In this document: positions 38,572 to 48,705 of the stretch, piece after piece
Layout of the letters: each line of letters begins with the position of its first letter
How positions within the stretch are numbered: the first letter of the stretch is position 1
DNA from: a virus
Length of the DNA stretch: 64,000 nt
Reading direction: 5' to 3' (one strand)
Virus record (IMG/VR): IMGVR_UViG_3300045988_141143
The notes under the pieces: generated by a model
Databases searched by the model: none
Seen by the model: only the letters and a program-made list of their open reading frames with translations
What the model was told of the DNA's origin: nothing
Position numbers and translations under genes: made by a program

Positions 38572-39468
38572 TTATATGTCAAACTCATCACAATACTGGC
38601 GCATACGCTCGATGATGATGTTGCGTATCTTCTCACCAATAATCTTGGCATTGGGATGCGGTGTGCCCGTCTTGCCATGATAGCGAAGGTCGAGAATATG
38701 GCTCCAGTCGGAAAGCGTATAGGTATATGCCACAACGGTATAGGTATCGAGAGGCAGAACACCTCGTGCGTCCTGCGGCTTCAAGCCGGACTTCAGAAGT
38801 CGGTTGTAGCCCCACTCGCATACTCGGCATACAAGGCCATAGACCATGCGCTGCCAACGACTGCCTTCTACGTGCCAATGCGGACGTGCTATCTGTACGC
38901 CTCCCTTCTTCTCTAAATAGCAATAGCGTGTGCTCTGTTCGGCGATGCTGTTGGGCGACGTGCGGTTGAGCTCACGCGAGGTACTTATCTGCGTGGTTAC
39001 TACCAGCGTCATGCGGATAATAGAGAATGCCTCCTCGCACTCGTACTTCAGTGCCTTCTCGATAAACTCGTCTTCGCTGACACCATACTGACTAAGCGTA
39101 TTCATTATGTCCTCGTGCTCAAGCGCAAACTGAGTATTGGTACTGAACCATACCTTATGATTCTTGGTGGCATAGTTGATGTAAGGCGATGCCTCCAGAT
39201 ATGCCCAGATGTGGTTAGGAAGACCCCTTTCGTTGGGCATAAAGAAATAGACTGTGCCGTGGCGAAACATCGAGCGATGTCCGCTTTCCCAGAAGCCTTT
39301 GCAGCGTTCCTCGTCACGCTTCTGGATGAAAGTTTTCTCTTCCTCTTCGGTCATTCCTTCTTCGGGCTGCTTGCCCTTTGCCTTGTAGCATATTCTGCCC
39401 ACTCTTGCTATATGTTGTGCAAGAGTAGTCTGCTGCCACCATTCTACTTGTGGTTCGATGAATTTCAT
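38572..39468 (-). CDS. ThyX-fold (FAD-dependent thymidylate synthase-like) protein with a degenerate RHR motif
   Basis: HRSMFRHGTVYFF aligns to ThyX HETPFEHIVFTF. TSRELNRTSPNSIAEQSTRY aligns to RQWFRHRIASYNELSGRY, with RHR replaced by RTS. The C-terminal LDLRYHG region is conserved. Confidence 0.55.
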   Translation of the reverse strand: MKFIEPQVEWWQQTTLAQHIARVGRICYKAKGKQPEEGMTEEEEKTFIQKRDEERCKGFWESGHRSMFRHGTVYFFMPNERGLPNHIWAYLEASPYINYATKNHKVWFSTNTQFALEHEDIMNTLSQYGVSEDEFIEKALKYECEEAFSIIRMTLVVTTQISTSRELNRTSPNSIAEQSTRYCYLEKKGGVQIARPHWHVEGSRWQRMVYGLVCRVCEWGYNRLLKSGLKPQDARGVLPLDTYTVVAYTYTLSDWSHILDLRYHGKTGTPHPNAKIIGEKIRNIIIERMRQYCDEFDI

Positions 39469-39509
39469 TATGGATGAATTTTAATTTGTTATTAAAAGAT
39501 AGTGCATTC

Positions 39510-40016
39510 TCATATTTTCCGAAGTTTACTCAATACTCGTCGCTGCACCTTGTCACACAGACTTTCGAGCGAGCCGTTATTGAAGATTACTGCATCGTAG
39601 AAGAACAAGGACAGAAGATTGCGCTGTTGGTCGCGGTCTAAGCGTTCCTGCGACACCCCTCGGCGCAGTCGAGTTGCTTCCCATGCCGTCACACAAATCT
39701 TGAATAGCTCGATGTCGGGGAATTTCTCGCACAAGGCTTTCAGTCCGTCCTCGTCAATGACGTAAATAGCCTTGTCCGTCACCTGGTCGATGGTGGTCCA
39801 ATACTCATAGCCGCCATACTGGGTGTATGCCAACATCTTGTCGTGCGGTACGTCGCACTTCTCTACAAAATAATGCTGCCAACCGTCAATTTCGCCTTCA
39901 CGCTTCGGACGAGTGGTATAAGAACATATCACTTTATAGCCGCCCATGTCGGACAGCATCTGAGCCACAGTGTCCTTTCCTGCACCACTCGGACCAGTAA
40001 TTGTTATCAGTTTCAT
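39510..40016 (-). CDS. Guanylate-kinase-like P-loop nucleotide kinase
   Basis: GPSGAGKDT Walker A. YTTRPKREGEIDGWQHYFV aligns to guanylate kinase HTTRQPRPGEVHGEHYFFV. Confidence 0.65.
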   Translation of the reverse strand: MKLITITGPSGAGKDTVAQMLSDMGGYKVICSYTTRPKREGEIDGWQHYFVEKCDVPHDKMLAYTQYGGYEYWTTIDQVTDKAIYVIDEDGLKALCEKFPDIELFKICVTAWEATRLRRGVSQERLDRDQQRNLLSLFFYDAVIFNNGSLESLCDKVQRRVLSKLRKI

Positions 40017-40194
40017 ATATTTTTTGTTTGAATTTTAACATTTGAGCAATCAGTAAACAATCAGTAAACAATCAGTAGACATGAAGTAAATACGCATAGG
40101 CTTCACTCTTTGCGAAAATCGGGGCTTTTTTTGCCGTTTTTCGAGTTTTTGATTTAACACTTGTGAAAAAGTGTTTTTATGTGATTACGACCCT

Positions 40195-41280
40195 TTAGCC
40201 ATAGATTTCCTGCATATCCTCCCTCGAAAGTGTTACCTTGGCTCTTTTGCAAAACATGAAAAAAGTATTTGCTCTTACTCTTTCGTATTTTCCGAATGAC
40301 TTCCAAGGAGCCACAAAGTCTGATTCACGGTGTCCGTGGTTGGCATCAAAGGGACGGAAACGAGAAACTCGCTTCCACATATCATAGCCTTCATTCGGAT
40401 CGATACTGTATAAAGACATTCCGCATTTAACCCAGTCATCATAGTTTTCCATAATGTCAACAGCATTCTGCTCTACCTTACGTACAAGGACACGCGCTTT
40501 GCGCAAGATGATGTCGGGTGTATCATTTTCCCAATCACCAGTATAACCCGACCTCTGACCTGACGACGTATTTTCGTAATGCGTAGCAACTTTAGTTACA
40601 GGAATTAGCGATGGCAACACAGCCATATCTTCCAGTCCCTTATACGGCACCACATTTTCATTGATATATATATGTTCGGGATCGTCCCAGGAGGCGAAGC
40701 GCACACGACCGATGTTGCTGCAAGCCTTGTCGAGCATGATGCCGATAGCGGCATATTCTTTGAGCAGAGCTTTGAACTGGTCTTTGTGTCTTTCGGGATA
40801 GGCCAGACGAACCAGACCGAAATAACCAGTACCAGAGCAAGACCGCATCATTAATCCTATCTCAGGACGAAAACGGGCAAGCTTAAATATACTTTCAAAA
40901 TCAGTTATCTGAAGATTGTCCTGCAGATCAATGTCGATGGCGAGCCAGCCCGTGTGCTGTTTCAGGTGGCTCTCTCGTCGGCTCACCATGACACGCTGCC
41001 CTGGATGCGTCAGACTGTCATCTTCATAGAGAGCGAACAAGCCGCTAAGAGTGGCACCAGGTAACATCTTCTTGGTATTGATGTACTCAGGCATTTTCTT
41101 TGCCTTGCTGCCAAATTCCTGACGCATAGCACGAAGACGCTGCACATACGGCTTCCATCTATCCGTAAGACAGAACTCGCGGATGGTCATCTGCTGAATG
41201 CACTCACCCGTCTCGCGGTCTACGAAACGGCCATAAGCATCTTGGGCAGACTCATAAATAGAGCAAACTTCGTCAAACAT
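40195..41280 (-). CDS. Primase-polymerase (AEP-like) domain protein
   Basis: GWLAIDIDLQD (DxD), CSGTGYFGLVRL and NIGRVRFAS resemble archaeo-eukaryotic primase motifs I-III. Adjacent to an iteron-rich region. Confidence 0.45.
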   Translation of the reverse strand: MFDEVCSIYESAQDAYGRFVDRETGECIQQMTIREFCLTDRWKPYVQRLRAMRQEFGSKAKKMPEYINTKKMLPGATLSGLFALYEDDSLTHPGQRVMVSRRESHLKQHTGWLAIDIDLQDNLQITDFESIFKLARFRPEIGLMMRSCSGTGYFGLVRLAYPERHKDQFKALLKEYAAIGIMLDKACSNIGRVRFASWDDPEHIYINENVVPYKGLEDMAVLPSLIPVTKVATHYENTSSGQRSGYTGDWENDTPDIILRKARVLVRKVEQNAVDIMENYDDWVKCGMSLYSIDPNEGYDMWKRVSRFRPFDANHGHRESDFVAPWKSFGKYERVRANTFFMFCKRAKVTLSREDMQEIYG

Positions 41281-42199
41281 ATCTTAGTTATTATACTTAA
41301 TACTTTCACTGCAAAATTAAGAAATAAAACCTAAATAACAAAATATCTGGGGTATTTTCTTGTGTATTTAAGATATATTAAAAGAAATTTAATCGAAATA
41401 TCCCAGTTGTTTCACGTAATGATAGGTATTTTTGAGTGATGAGAAGGAGCATAAAATAAAATGAGACCAAAAAGAAGACTCTGGTCTCATTTCTGTATCA
41501 AAAAGTCCCATTTTTCAAAAATGAACCAAAAAGCAAAAGTCCACTCATCCTATTTTTCTCCTTTTTAGTCCCATGATTGTCTCACGATTATCACCCTGTT
41601 GCCCACTTATTTCTTGCTGTTACTTGCTTACTAATTAGCTTTTTATATTATTTTGGTCTCAAAATGATTATTTTTTTTATAAACTAATATGCGCATAAGA
41701 AATAAAATATTTATCTAAAAGATATAAAATACAGCAAAATTGGCTCAAATCCATCTTATACTTTGCTCCATTTCAATCTTGTAAGTAACTTATTGTCTGA
41801 TGTTTACGGCAAAGCCGTTAATGCTACTAACTTCTAAATTGAGGTTAGGGGCTTTTGATTTTAGGAGAATAAAAAAATTACCCAAAATTCTGATATAGTA
41901 TGCTTAGGATTCATGAAAAATGCGACCAAAACCCTGAAATGAGACCAAAAATGCGAATAAAGTCCCAATAAATGAGACTGTTACACCACTACTCTACCCT
42001 GTCACATTCATATTTGCGAAATGCGACCAGATTATTCGGATTCCATATTGACTATCGTTTTATAGCCGTTCACACCTCACAGCGAAAGAGAAAAACACTG
42101 CGTTTCACAACGAAAAAAGACCACCACGTTTCACAACGGAGCGGTCTCATCAGAAAATACTAACTAATAAATAAGATAAAGAAAATAAAATTCGTAAAC
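41281..42199. promoter_or_regulatory. AT-rich non-coding region with ATG(A/C)GACCAAAA iterons, putative replication origin
   Basis: Copies at about 41461, 41480 (inverted), 41521, 41653 (inverted), 41919, 41939, 42021 and 42141 (inverted). Inverted repeat GAGACC...GGTCTC at 41463-41488. AAAGTCCCA repeats. Confidence 0.4.
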
Positions 42200-45100
42200 T
42201 TAGCCCTTGCCTTTCATAAACTGGTTGGCTTTTGTCATGCTGTCATAAAGATTACCACGGCCATACATGTCTATCTTTGCGTAGATAGGTTCATTCAGTC
42301 GGTCGAGGAGGGTCTTGACGGCTTGCATGAGAGCGGCTTGGCTGGCTGTGTTGTTAGCGATTACATTGTTGGCCGCTGGTGCGCCCAACAGAAGATTACC
42401 ATTTTCTGCTGTAAAGCCCGCTGCTGCGTCCCCCATTGCGCTCGCAAGCTCGCCGACATTACCATTGTCAAATGCGCGTCTTGCTGCACGTCTGCCTGAA
42501 TAGTTGCTGTCGTAGTTGACGAGAGCCTTGAGGAGTGCCGGATTGTTCATCATCATGGCGTGTGTCGTCTCACGACCGATTACTATCTCGGGTCCATTCT
42601 CTGCTACAAGAGAAGGCTGGCCATTGATGGTAGTAGCCCTTGGAGTAGTTATCATTTGCACGCCAGTTTTTTGCCTGCCGTCATCCTCTGTTGCCCAATA
42701 AATATCACCATTGTCGGCTACAAATGGCTTCAGGTCTTGCACGTTACCGCTGTCATACGTAAGCATACCTGAAACGAGCTTCGTGTTTTTAGATACAGAA
42801 GAAGATTTCTTACTGCTGCTGCTGAAAGCCGAATTAAGTGCCCACTGAAGCAAGCCCATCAGAGTAGCCATCACTCCTGCTGCAGCAATAGGACCAGCAA
42901 TAGGACCTAAGAACTCAAAACACTTCGCCATTGCTCCCGCGATAGAGAATGTCACCTCTTGGTCGGTGCGGGCCGCGTCCGAGTTTGCCACATCCTGATT
43001 GTTCTGTTCTTTAGCTGCAAGATTGGTGGTCATAGCCGTCTGGGTCATATCAAGAATGGCATTCTGCGCTATCTCCGTACTCTTACTTTGCTCTTTATTG
43101 CCGGCATCGGTGATGTCAGTTATATTCTTGACACCTTGATGGGTTTCTTTCTCTCTATCCTTAGCTCCCTTTTTAACCTCTTTGCTGAGTTCTTTTTGAT
43201 GCTTCCTTTCTTTCTTGAGCTGCTTGGCTTTTTCCTTGTCGTCTCCAGTTTTCTTTGAAGAACCGCCAAGAGTGAAATTGGTATTCATCAAGTCACCCAC
43301 AAGGCTGCCTCCGATACCGGCTACGGCATCGGACAGAGTAGTACCACCTGTAATAGCACCAGCAACGGCTGTTCCCGCTTGAGAGGCTGTATCAATACCG
43401 TAAGTCTCCTTGTTATAATCATGGATAGTACCGTTTGGATGACGTTTCTTCCATGCAGCAGGAGGCTCAGTATTTGCAAGATTGTTGCCGTTGGCATCAA
43501 TATACTGACCTCCTACGACACGTACCCACATCGGGTTTTCAGCCGTGCCCAGGTTACGCCAATCCATATCAATGGTAGTAGCATTAGCATTAGCATTGGC
43601 TCTCGCTGCATCAATGCCAGGCTGTGCGTTTTTCTTGCCTTGTTTCGCTCCGGCATCATTGATGGCTTTCCACATTTGGGTGTTCACGTCATTTAGCGCC
43701 ATATTAGCCCACGACTCAATCATAGACTTCAGGGCATTCTTGATGCTCTCCTGTGCGCTTGATACGTCAGACTCCATCATGGCGAAAGCCTTGCCTACCT
43801 CTGCACCGAAGGTTTCAATAGGCTGTACGAGCTGCTGCATCTGCGAAAGGCGGTTCTTCATCGCCGTCGCCATTTGGTTGGCATAAGCAAGTTCGGCCTC
43901 CTGGCGAGCCTTATCCGCCTCGTCTACCAACTGCTTGTTACGAGAGTTCTTCAGACAGAAGGCATAGTAATCTTCTGCCAGCTGCATCTTCAGCTTCAGT
44001 AGTTCTACCTCTGGGTCAGCGGTAAGGTCGGCAAGACCGAGGTTGGAAAGAAGGTTGGTCCGCTTGCCGAAGAGAGAACTTTCCTGCTGCATCTTGCGCA
44101 GCTTTGCCTGCTGATCGAGATTGCGTTTGTTGTTTTTCCAAAGAAAATCAGAAATCTTCTTGGCTTCATCGTATTCTTTTTTCTGTGCAGCTGTATATTC
44201 ATCAACATATTGGATAAGCTTGTGATAGAATAGCTTTACATTCTGCTCAGTCTCGCCCATCAACGCAAGAAAGACAGAAGGCATCTGCATATAGTCTTTT
44301 CCAAATAAGAACTGAAGCAGCTTCTGCTTCTCCCCGTTTGTCTCAAAAAGTGCCGCCATTTGTGTGCGAGCCTTTTCCAAAACTTTTATAACATCAGCCC
44401 TATCTTTATTTAGCGTTTCAAGCGAAACGTCTGCAAAACGAGAATTTATTAATCCCAAGAAAGAATTTTGTTGAACTATGCCTGTGTAATCATGTTCAAG
44501 TAGCTCCTTCCGACGTTGCTCTATGCGTTTTTGAATCACATTGCTTGAATCGTTCTCTTTTGATGAAGCATTCAGCCACATTCGGTCAAGATAAGCACGG
44601 TCGCGTTCATCTGATTTATATCCGACAACTTGCCCTTTCTTAATTTTAGGCATTTGCTTTAATAAATCAGAACGAAGTTGTGCTACATTAGTATTCAATA
44701 TGGCATCCTCAAGCATACGAGACTGAGATTGTCCAAACTCATCGTCTTTTTCCTTGCGATATTTGTCTATTGATTTTTTAAATTTATCCCAAGTTTTATT
44801 TCCAAAGACAATAGACTGCTGCGCAGCTGCAAGGGCAGCATCCATTTGTATTTGAATGTCATTAACTGCCTGTTCTTGTAATTCTTTCTCTACACCCTTC
44901 TTTGAAAGATCCTCAACAGTAGCTGTCATTTGGCGCTTATAGAAATTCTTTATCTTCGTAATAAACTCAGATATGTTGTTGCGAGCATCATCTTCAGGAG
45001 TAGTTGTGTTACCTCCACCACCGTTGCCGCCATAAACTTTTTGACCTACAGCCATTCCATCTCCTACATCAAGTTTAGCCCCAAACTTTTTCCGTAAGGC

Positions 45101-48100
45101 TTCTTCTTGTGCGTTTATTTCATCCAGTCTTGACTGAGCCTTATCTCGCTCGCGTTTCGCAGCCGCACGTTGTCCTGCCTGTCCGATTGCACCCTGTGCC
45201 TGCCCTGGCATCATAGCACCACCAGAGGTCTGAATATATCTTCCATTAGGAGCGTTCACGTGTGTATTTGCATACGCATCTTCTTTTTTCTGCAAATCAA
45301 GAATAGCATCCACTTTCTCACGACCCAATTCTGCCAACTTAGAACGAGCGCCCTCAAGTTCGTAGTAATCTTGTAGACGTTGAAAGTTTTTCTCCCATGC
45401 CTTAGTGTTTTCCTTAACAACACCCGTCTCTGTGTTAATTTTAGCGTTGAGGTTAGGAATAGCGCCATTCAATTTATTCATAGCTTCGAGGCGAAGATTC
45501 ATTGACGCAGAAGTATCGTGCATAACATTATGCAGACGCTTCAACGATTCTTGTTCCTCCATAGCCTTACGCTTACCTTCTTCTTGTACTTCGTTAAGCA
45601 CGCGCTGTCCTGCGGATAAACCGTTCAAAGAGGAAGAATATTCGGCAAGTTTTACGACCAATATACCCAATAATCCAATTAATCCTCCCATAATACCCGC
45701 CTGCTTGGCAAACGACAAGCCATTAAATGCAGCTTTAGTTTTGGCAACAACAGCCCCCAGAGACAACATACCTCCCTCTAATCCCTGAACATAAGTAAGC
45801 AGTTTTGCAAAGCCACCCGCTAATCCTGCCATACTAATCATGGTGATCAACGTAGGAAGTATGCTCAGTAGCATCTTTATAGAGGCAAAGAGCAGCGCTA
45901 ACGCTACACGAACCTCTGTCATAAAACTCATACTGGTTGTAAGTTCCTTTACAACTTCAAACCAAGCTTTTGCTATATCACGAATAGGTCCCGAAGCCGC
46001 ACTTGAAGAAACAAACTGTTTTTCAAGAAGGTTGTTAGCCCTCTCCATATACGCGGCTGCAGTTTCCTGCTGCATATTATACTCAACCGTAACAGCAGAA
46101 CCTTCATTAAAAGCTTTATTAGACTCCTTTACCGCTTTAGTAAGCATACCATTCTTGGCAGCCATTGTTACCATAGTTTTTACCAAACGAGCGCCATCTG
46201 AGCCTAAGTCCTTAAATAAGCCATCAAGAGCAAAAAGGTTTTTAGTTTCGCCCATTCTGCGGAAAATGGTTAAGATTGCATCCATACCTCTTCCACTCTC
46301 GATCATCTTCTTCAAAGAACCAGAAGCTATACCGAGTGATTTTTCAATAGGGCTTGTACCTTTACGAAGCTCTACAACCAACTTTCCAAAAGCTGTTGCT
46401 GCAACTTCTGGCTCAAGGGCCATTGAGTCAACAGCCGCACCAAGAGCCAAAATATCTGGGGTTGTTAAAGCCGCCTGTTCGCCCAATGCAAGCATACGAT
46501 TAGAGAAATCCACAATCTTTCCGCTTGTCGCTGTAGATGTAGATGCCAGTCGGAAAATCGCAGAGCCTGTTTTCAGCATAGCCTGCTCCACTCCATATTT
46601 ATCCGCAAGACCCATCACCTCAGTAATCTTAGCAAGAGCCGTCAACGCTTCATCGCCCAAATCCTCTTTCAATGCGACGTTCACCTGGTCTGCGGCACGG
46701 ACGAAGCCAGCTAAATTTTGAGTTGTAACACCAAGTTTAGCTCCCGCATAGGCCAAGTTGTTCAGTTCTTCTATGCTTGTACGGGTATCGATTTTAGCAA
46801 GTTCCTTTGATAAATTTGCTACTTCGTCAGTTGTAGATAAAGCGACCTTACGAATATTAGTAAGCTGTTCGCTATACTTCATATTAAGACGAAACAAATC
46901 CATAAAGTACGTTTTAAGCTGATTGAACATCGCAAACAATCCGACATAAGCCGTGAGGTTCTTCAGTGCTGTCTGCCATGCGCTGCCATGCTTGTTGGCC
47001 GCACCCGTCGCCTCGTCGATGTTCTTCTTCAGCTCCTTCATCGACTTCTGCTTGTCGGCAAACTCCTTACTCTTGGTATTGATTTGGTTCAGTTCCTCTT
47101 CGAGTTGCTTGTAGGCACGGCGCAGTTCGTCGAGGGAGGCCTTACCCTGCTTGCTACGGGCGAGAATGTCGTTAAGGGCACTCTGCGACATACGGGTCCC
47201 CTTGAGGGTCTGTTCGAGCATGGAGTATTGGCGACGGAGGTCGGCCACATACTTGCTGCCAGCAGGGAGTTGCTGAATCTTCTGCTGTATCACTTCCATC
47301 GTGCGCTTGATGTCTTCGCCCGAAGCCTTGTTAGGTTCAGCCAATACCTGCTTCATCTGCTTCCAGCTCATTGATGCTTTCTGAGTCTTACCCGACACAG
47401 CCTCCAGCCGCTTCTCTATCTCCTGGAGCTCGCTGTTGTATTTTGCAATATCAGCCGAATTGCCTGTAGGTGTGTTGTCGCGAGCCTCAGTAAGCGTAGA
47501 CTTGGCTCGGCGCAAATCAGATGCTGAAGCGTTTTGACTGGTTACAGTCTGATGTGCCTCTGCCACGCCCATTTTGCCCTTGCGTCTGTCCTCCTCGGCT
47601 TCAAGTTGCTTCAATGTGGCGAGATTCTGCTGATAGGACGCATCCGATTTTTGCAGCGAACCTACGAGGTCACGCTGTTGTTTGATGGCCTTGTCGAGCC
47701 ATTGATCGGATTGGTTCTTTACATTATTCAAGCCATCGGCTATCTTGACATACTGACCTTCAATAAGGCGCATTTGATCGCCCACTTGCTTCATCTCGCT
47801 TCGTATCTGCTCTGCCTTCTTCAGGTCGGCATCCGAGCCGGTGAGCTTAGCAAGAGCCGACTTGCCCGAACCCATAGCACGACGCAGGTCACGAAGCTTA
47901 GTGTTGGTGAGGTCTTGCACCACCTCGCTCAATCGCTTCGTGTCCTCGATATTGTCACGCTGCACTTGCGACAACGCCTTCAATGTGCTCTCTGCCCTCT
48001 TACACTCAGCAGTGTTAGCCTGTCCTGCGGCAGTCATCTTCTGGATGTCGGCAGTATATTTCTGCACAAGATTGTCAATCTCTTCCAACACCTTCTTGGC

Positions 48101-48151
48101 TGTAGAGGCATTGGCCGTGATTACTACTTTTGCTAATTTTTGTGTTGCCAT
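42200..48151 (-). CDS. Tail tape measure protein
   Basis: 1983 aa, extensive coiled coil with a central hydrophobic/glycine segment. Antisense ORFs are rejected. Confidence 0.7.
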   Translation of the reverse strand: MATQKLAKVVITANASTAKKVLEEIDNLVQKYTADIQKMTAAGQANTAECKRAESTLKALSQVQRDNIEDTKRLSEVVQDLTNTKLRDLRRAMGSGKSALAKLTGSDADLKKAEQIRSEMKQVGDQMRLIEGQYVKIADGLNNVKNQSDQWLDKAIKQQRDLVGSLQKSDASYQQNLATLKQLEAEEDRRKGKMGVAEAHQTVTSQNASASDLRRAKSTLTEARDNTPTGNSADIAKYNSELQEIEKRLEAVSGKTQKASMSWKQMKQVLAEPNKASGEDIKRTMEVIQQKIQQLPAGSKYVADLRRQYSMLEQTLKGTRMSQSALNDILARSKQGKASLDELRRAYKQLEEELNQINTKSKEFADKQKSMKELKKNIDEATGAANKHGSAWQTALKNLTAYVGLFAMFNQLKTYFMDLFRLNMKYSEQLTNIRKVALSTTDEVANLSKELAKIDTRTSIEELNNLAYAGAKLGVTTQNLAGFVRAADQVNVALKEDLGDEALTALAKITEVMGLADKYGVEQAMLKTGSAIFRLASTSTATSGKIVDFSNRMLALGEQAALTTPDILALGAAVDSMALEPEVAATAFGKLVVELRKGTSPIEKSLGIASGSLKKMIESGRGMDAILTIFRRMGETKNLFALDGLFKDLGSDGARLVKTMVTMAAKNGMLTKAVKESNKAFNEGSAVTVEYNMQQETAAAYMERANNLLEKQFVSSSAASGPIRDIAKAWFEVVKELTTSMSFMTEVRVALALLFASIKMLLSILPTLITMISMAGLAGGFAKLLTYVQGLEGGMLSLGAVVAKTKAAFNGLSFAKQAGIMGGLIGLLGILVVKLAEYSSSLNGLSAGQRVLNEVQEEGKRKAMEEQESLKRLHNVMHDTSASMNLRLEAMNKLNGAIPNLNAKINTETGVVKENTKAWEKNFQRLQDYYELEGARSKLAELGREKVDAILDLQKKEDAYANTHVNAPNGRYIQTSGGAMMPGQAQGAIGQAGQRAAAKRERDKAQSRLDEINAQEEALRKKFGAKLDVGDGMAVGQKVYGGNGGGGNTTTPEDDARNNISEFITKIKNFYKRQMTATVEDLSKKGVEKELQEQAVNDIQIQMDAALAAAQQSIVFGNKTWDKFKKSIDKYRKEKDDEFGQSQSRMLEDAILNTNVAQLRSDLLKQMPKIKKGQVVGYKSDERDRAYLDRMWLNASSKENDSSNVIQKRIEQRRKELLEHDYTGIVQQNSFLGLINSRFADVSLETLNKDRADVIKVLEKARTQMAALFETNGEKQKLLQFLFGKDYMQMPSVFLALMGETEQNVKLFYHKLIQYVDEYTAAQKKEYDEAKKISDFLWKNNKRNLDQQAKLRKMQQESSLFGKRTNLLSNLGLADLTADPEVELLKLKMQLAEDYYAFCLKNSRNKQLVDEADKARQEAELAYANQMATAMKNRLSQMQQLVQPIETFGAEVGKAFAMMESDVSSAQESIKNALKSMIESWANMALNDVNTQMWKAINDAGAKQGKKNAQPGIDAARANANANATTIDMDWRNLGTAENPMWVRVVGGQYIDANGNNLANTEPPAAWKKRHPNGTIHDYNKETYGIDTASQAGTAVAGAITGGTTLSDAVAGIGGSLVGDLMNTNFTLGGSSKKTGDDKEKAKQLKKERKHQKELSKEVKKGAKDREKETHQGVKNITDITDAGNKEQSKSTEIAQNAILDMTQTAMTTNLAAKEQNNQDVANSDAARTDQEVTFSIAGAMAKCFEFLGPIAGPIAAAGVMATLMGLLQWALNSAFSSSSKKSSSVSKNTKLVSGMLTYDSGNVQDLKPFVADNGDIYWATEDDGRQKTGVQMITTPRATTINGQPSLVAENGPEIVIGRETTHAMMMNNPALLKALVNYDSNYSGRRAARRAFDNGNVGELASAMGDAAAGFTAENGNLLLGAPAANNVIANNTASQAALMQAVKTLLDRLNEPIYAKIDMYGRGNLYDSMTKANQFMKGKG

Positions 48152-48171
48152 TGTTTTCTGTTTTTGTGTTG

Positions 48172-48699
48172 TTAGAGAGTGATATGGATGTCATAATCCT
48201 CGAAAGCCTTAATTATCTGTGCTTCGCCCTGGAATCCGTAGAAATCTACGAGATATTTTTGCATACGCGTTTGCAGGTGTCGAAGCTCCATCATAATGGC
48301 AGGACGCTGAGAGCGACCCGCTCCGTAGCGTTTCCAAGAACGGACATAGCGGCGAGAATAGTTGGCCTTTCGTGCGCTATCCACATCGTTGTACTTAGTA
48401 CCGAGACCTACACCCATATCCACAAAGCGCATATAGTCGTTGTAGGTAAATTCGTAGGTCCAGCCTTCGGGAGTATCGTTCACAATCCTGCCTTGGAAAG
48501 AGTTTACGCCCACTCCCTCGGCGTGCCATTGTCCGCGTGCTCCACGGGCATCGTTTATAGCCCGAAAGCCGCTGTAAATCTCCTTCGGGAAGATGCACTG
48601 CGTCTCGGTGTTTATCTTGAGCTGACGCAATACGTCGCCAAGATACCATCGTGCGGTGTCCTTGAAATCAAAGGCCGGGGCTTGTATTGGTTTTGGCAT
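48172..48699 (-). CDS. Hypothetical protein (tail-assembly-chaperone position)
   Basis: 175 aa, immediately upstream of the tape measure gene. Confidence 0.3.
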   Translation of the reverse strand: MPKPIQAPAFDFKDTARWYLGDVLRQLKINTETQCIFPKEIYSGFRAINDARGARGQWHAEGVGVNSFQGRIVNDTPEGWTYEFTYNDYMRFVDMGVGLGTKYNDVDSARKANYSRRYVRSWKRYGAGRSQRPAIMMELRHLQTRMQKYLVDFYGFQGEAQIIKAFEDYDIHITL

Positions 48700-48705
48700 G
48701 ATGTT

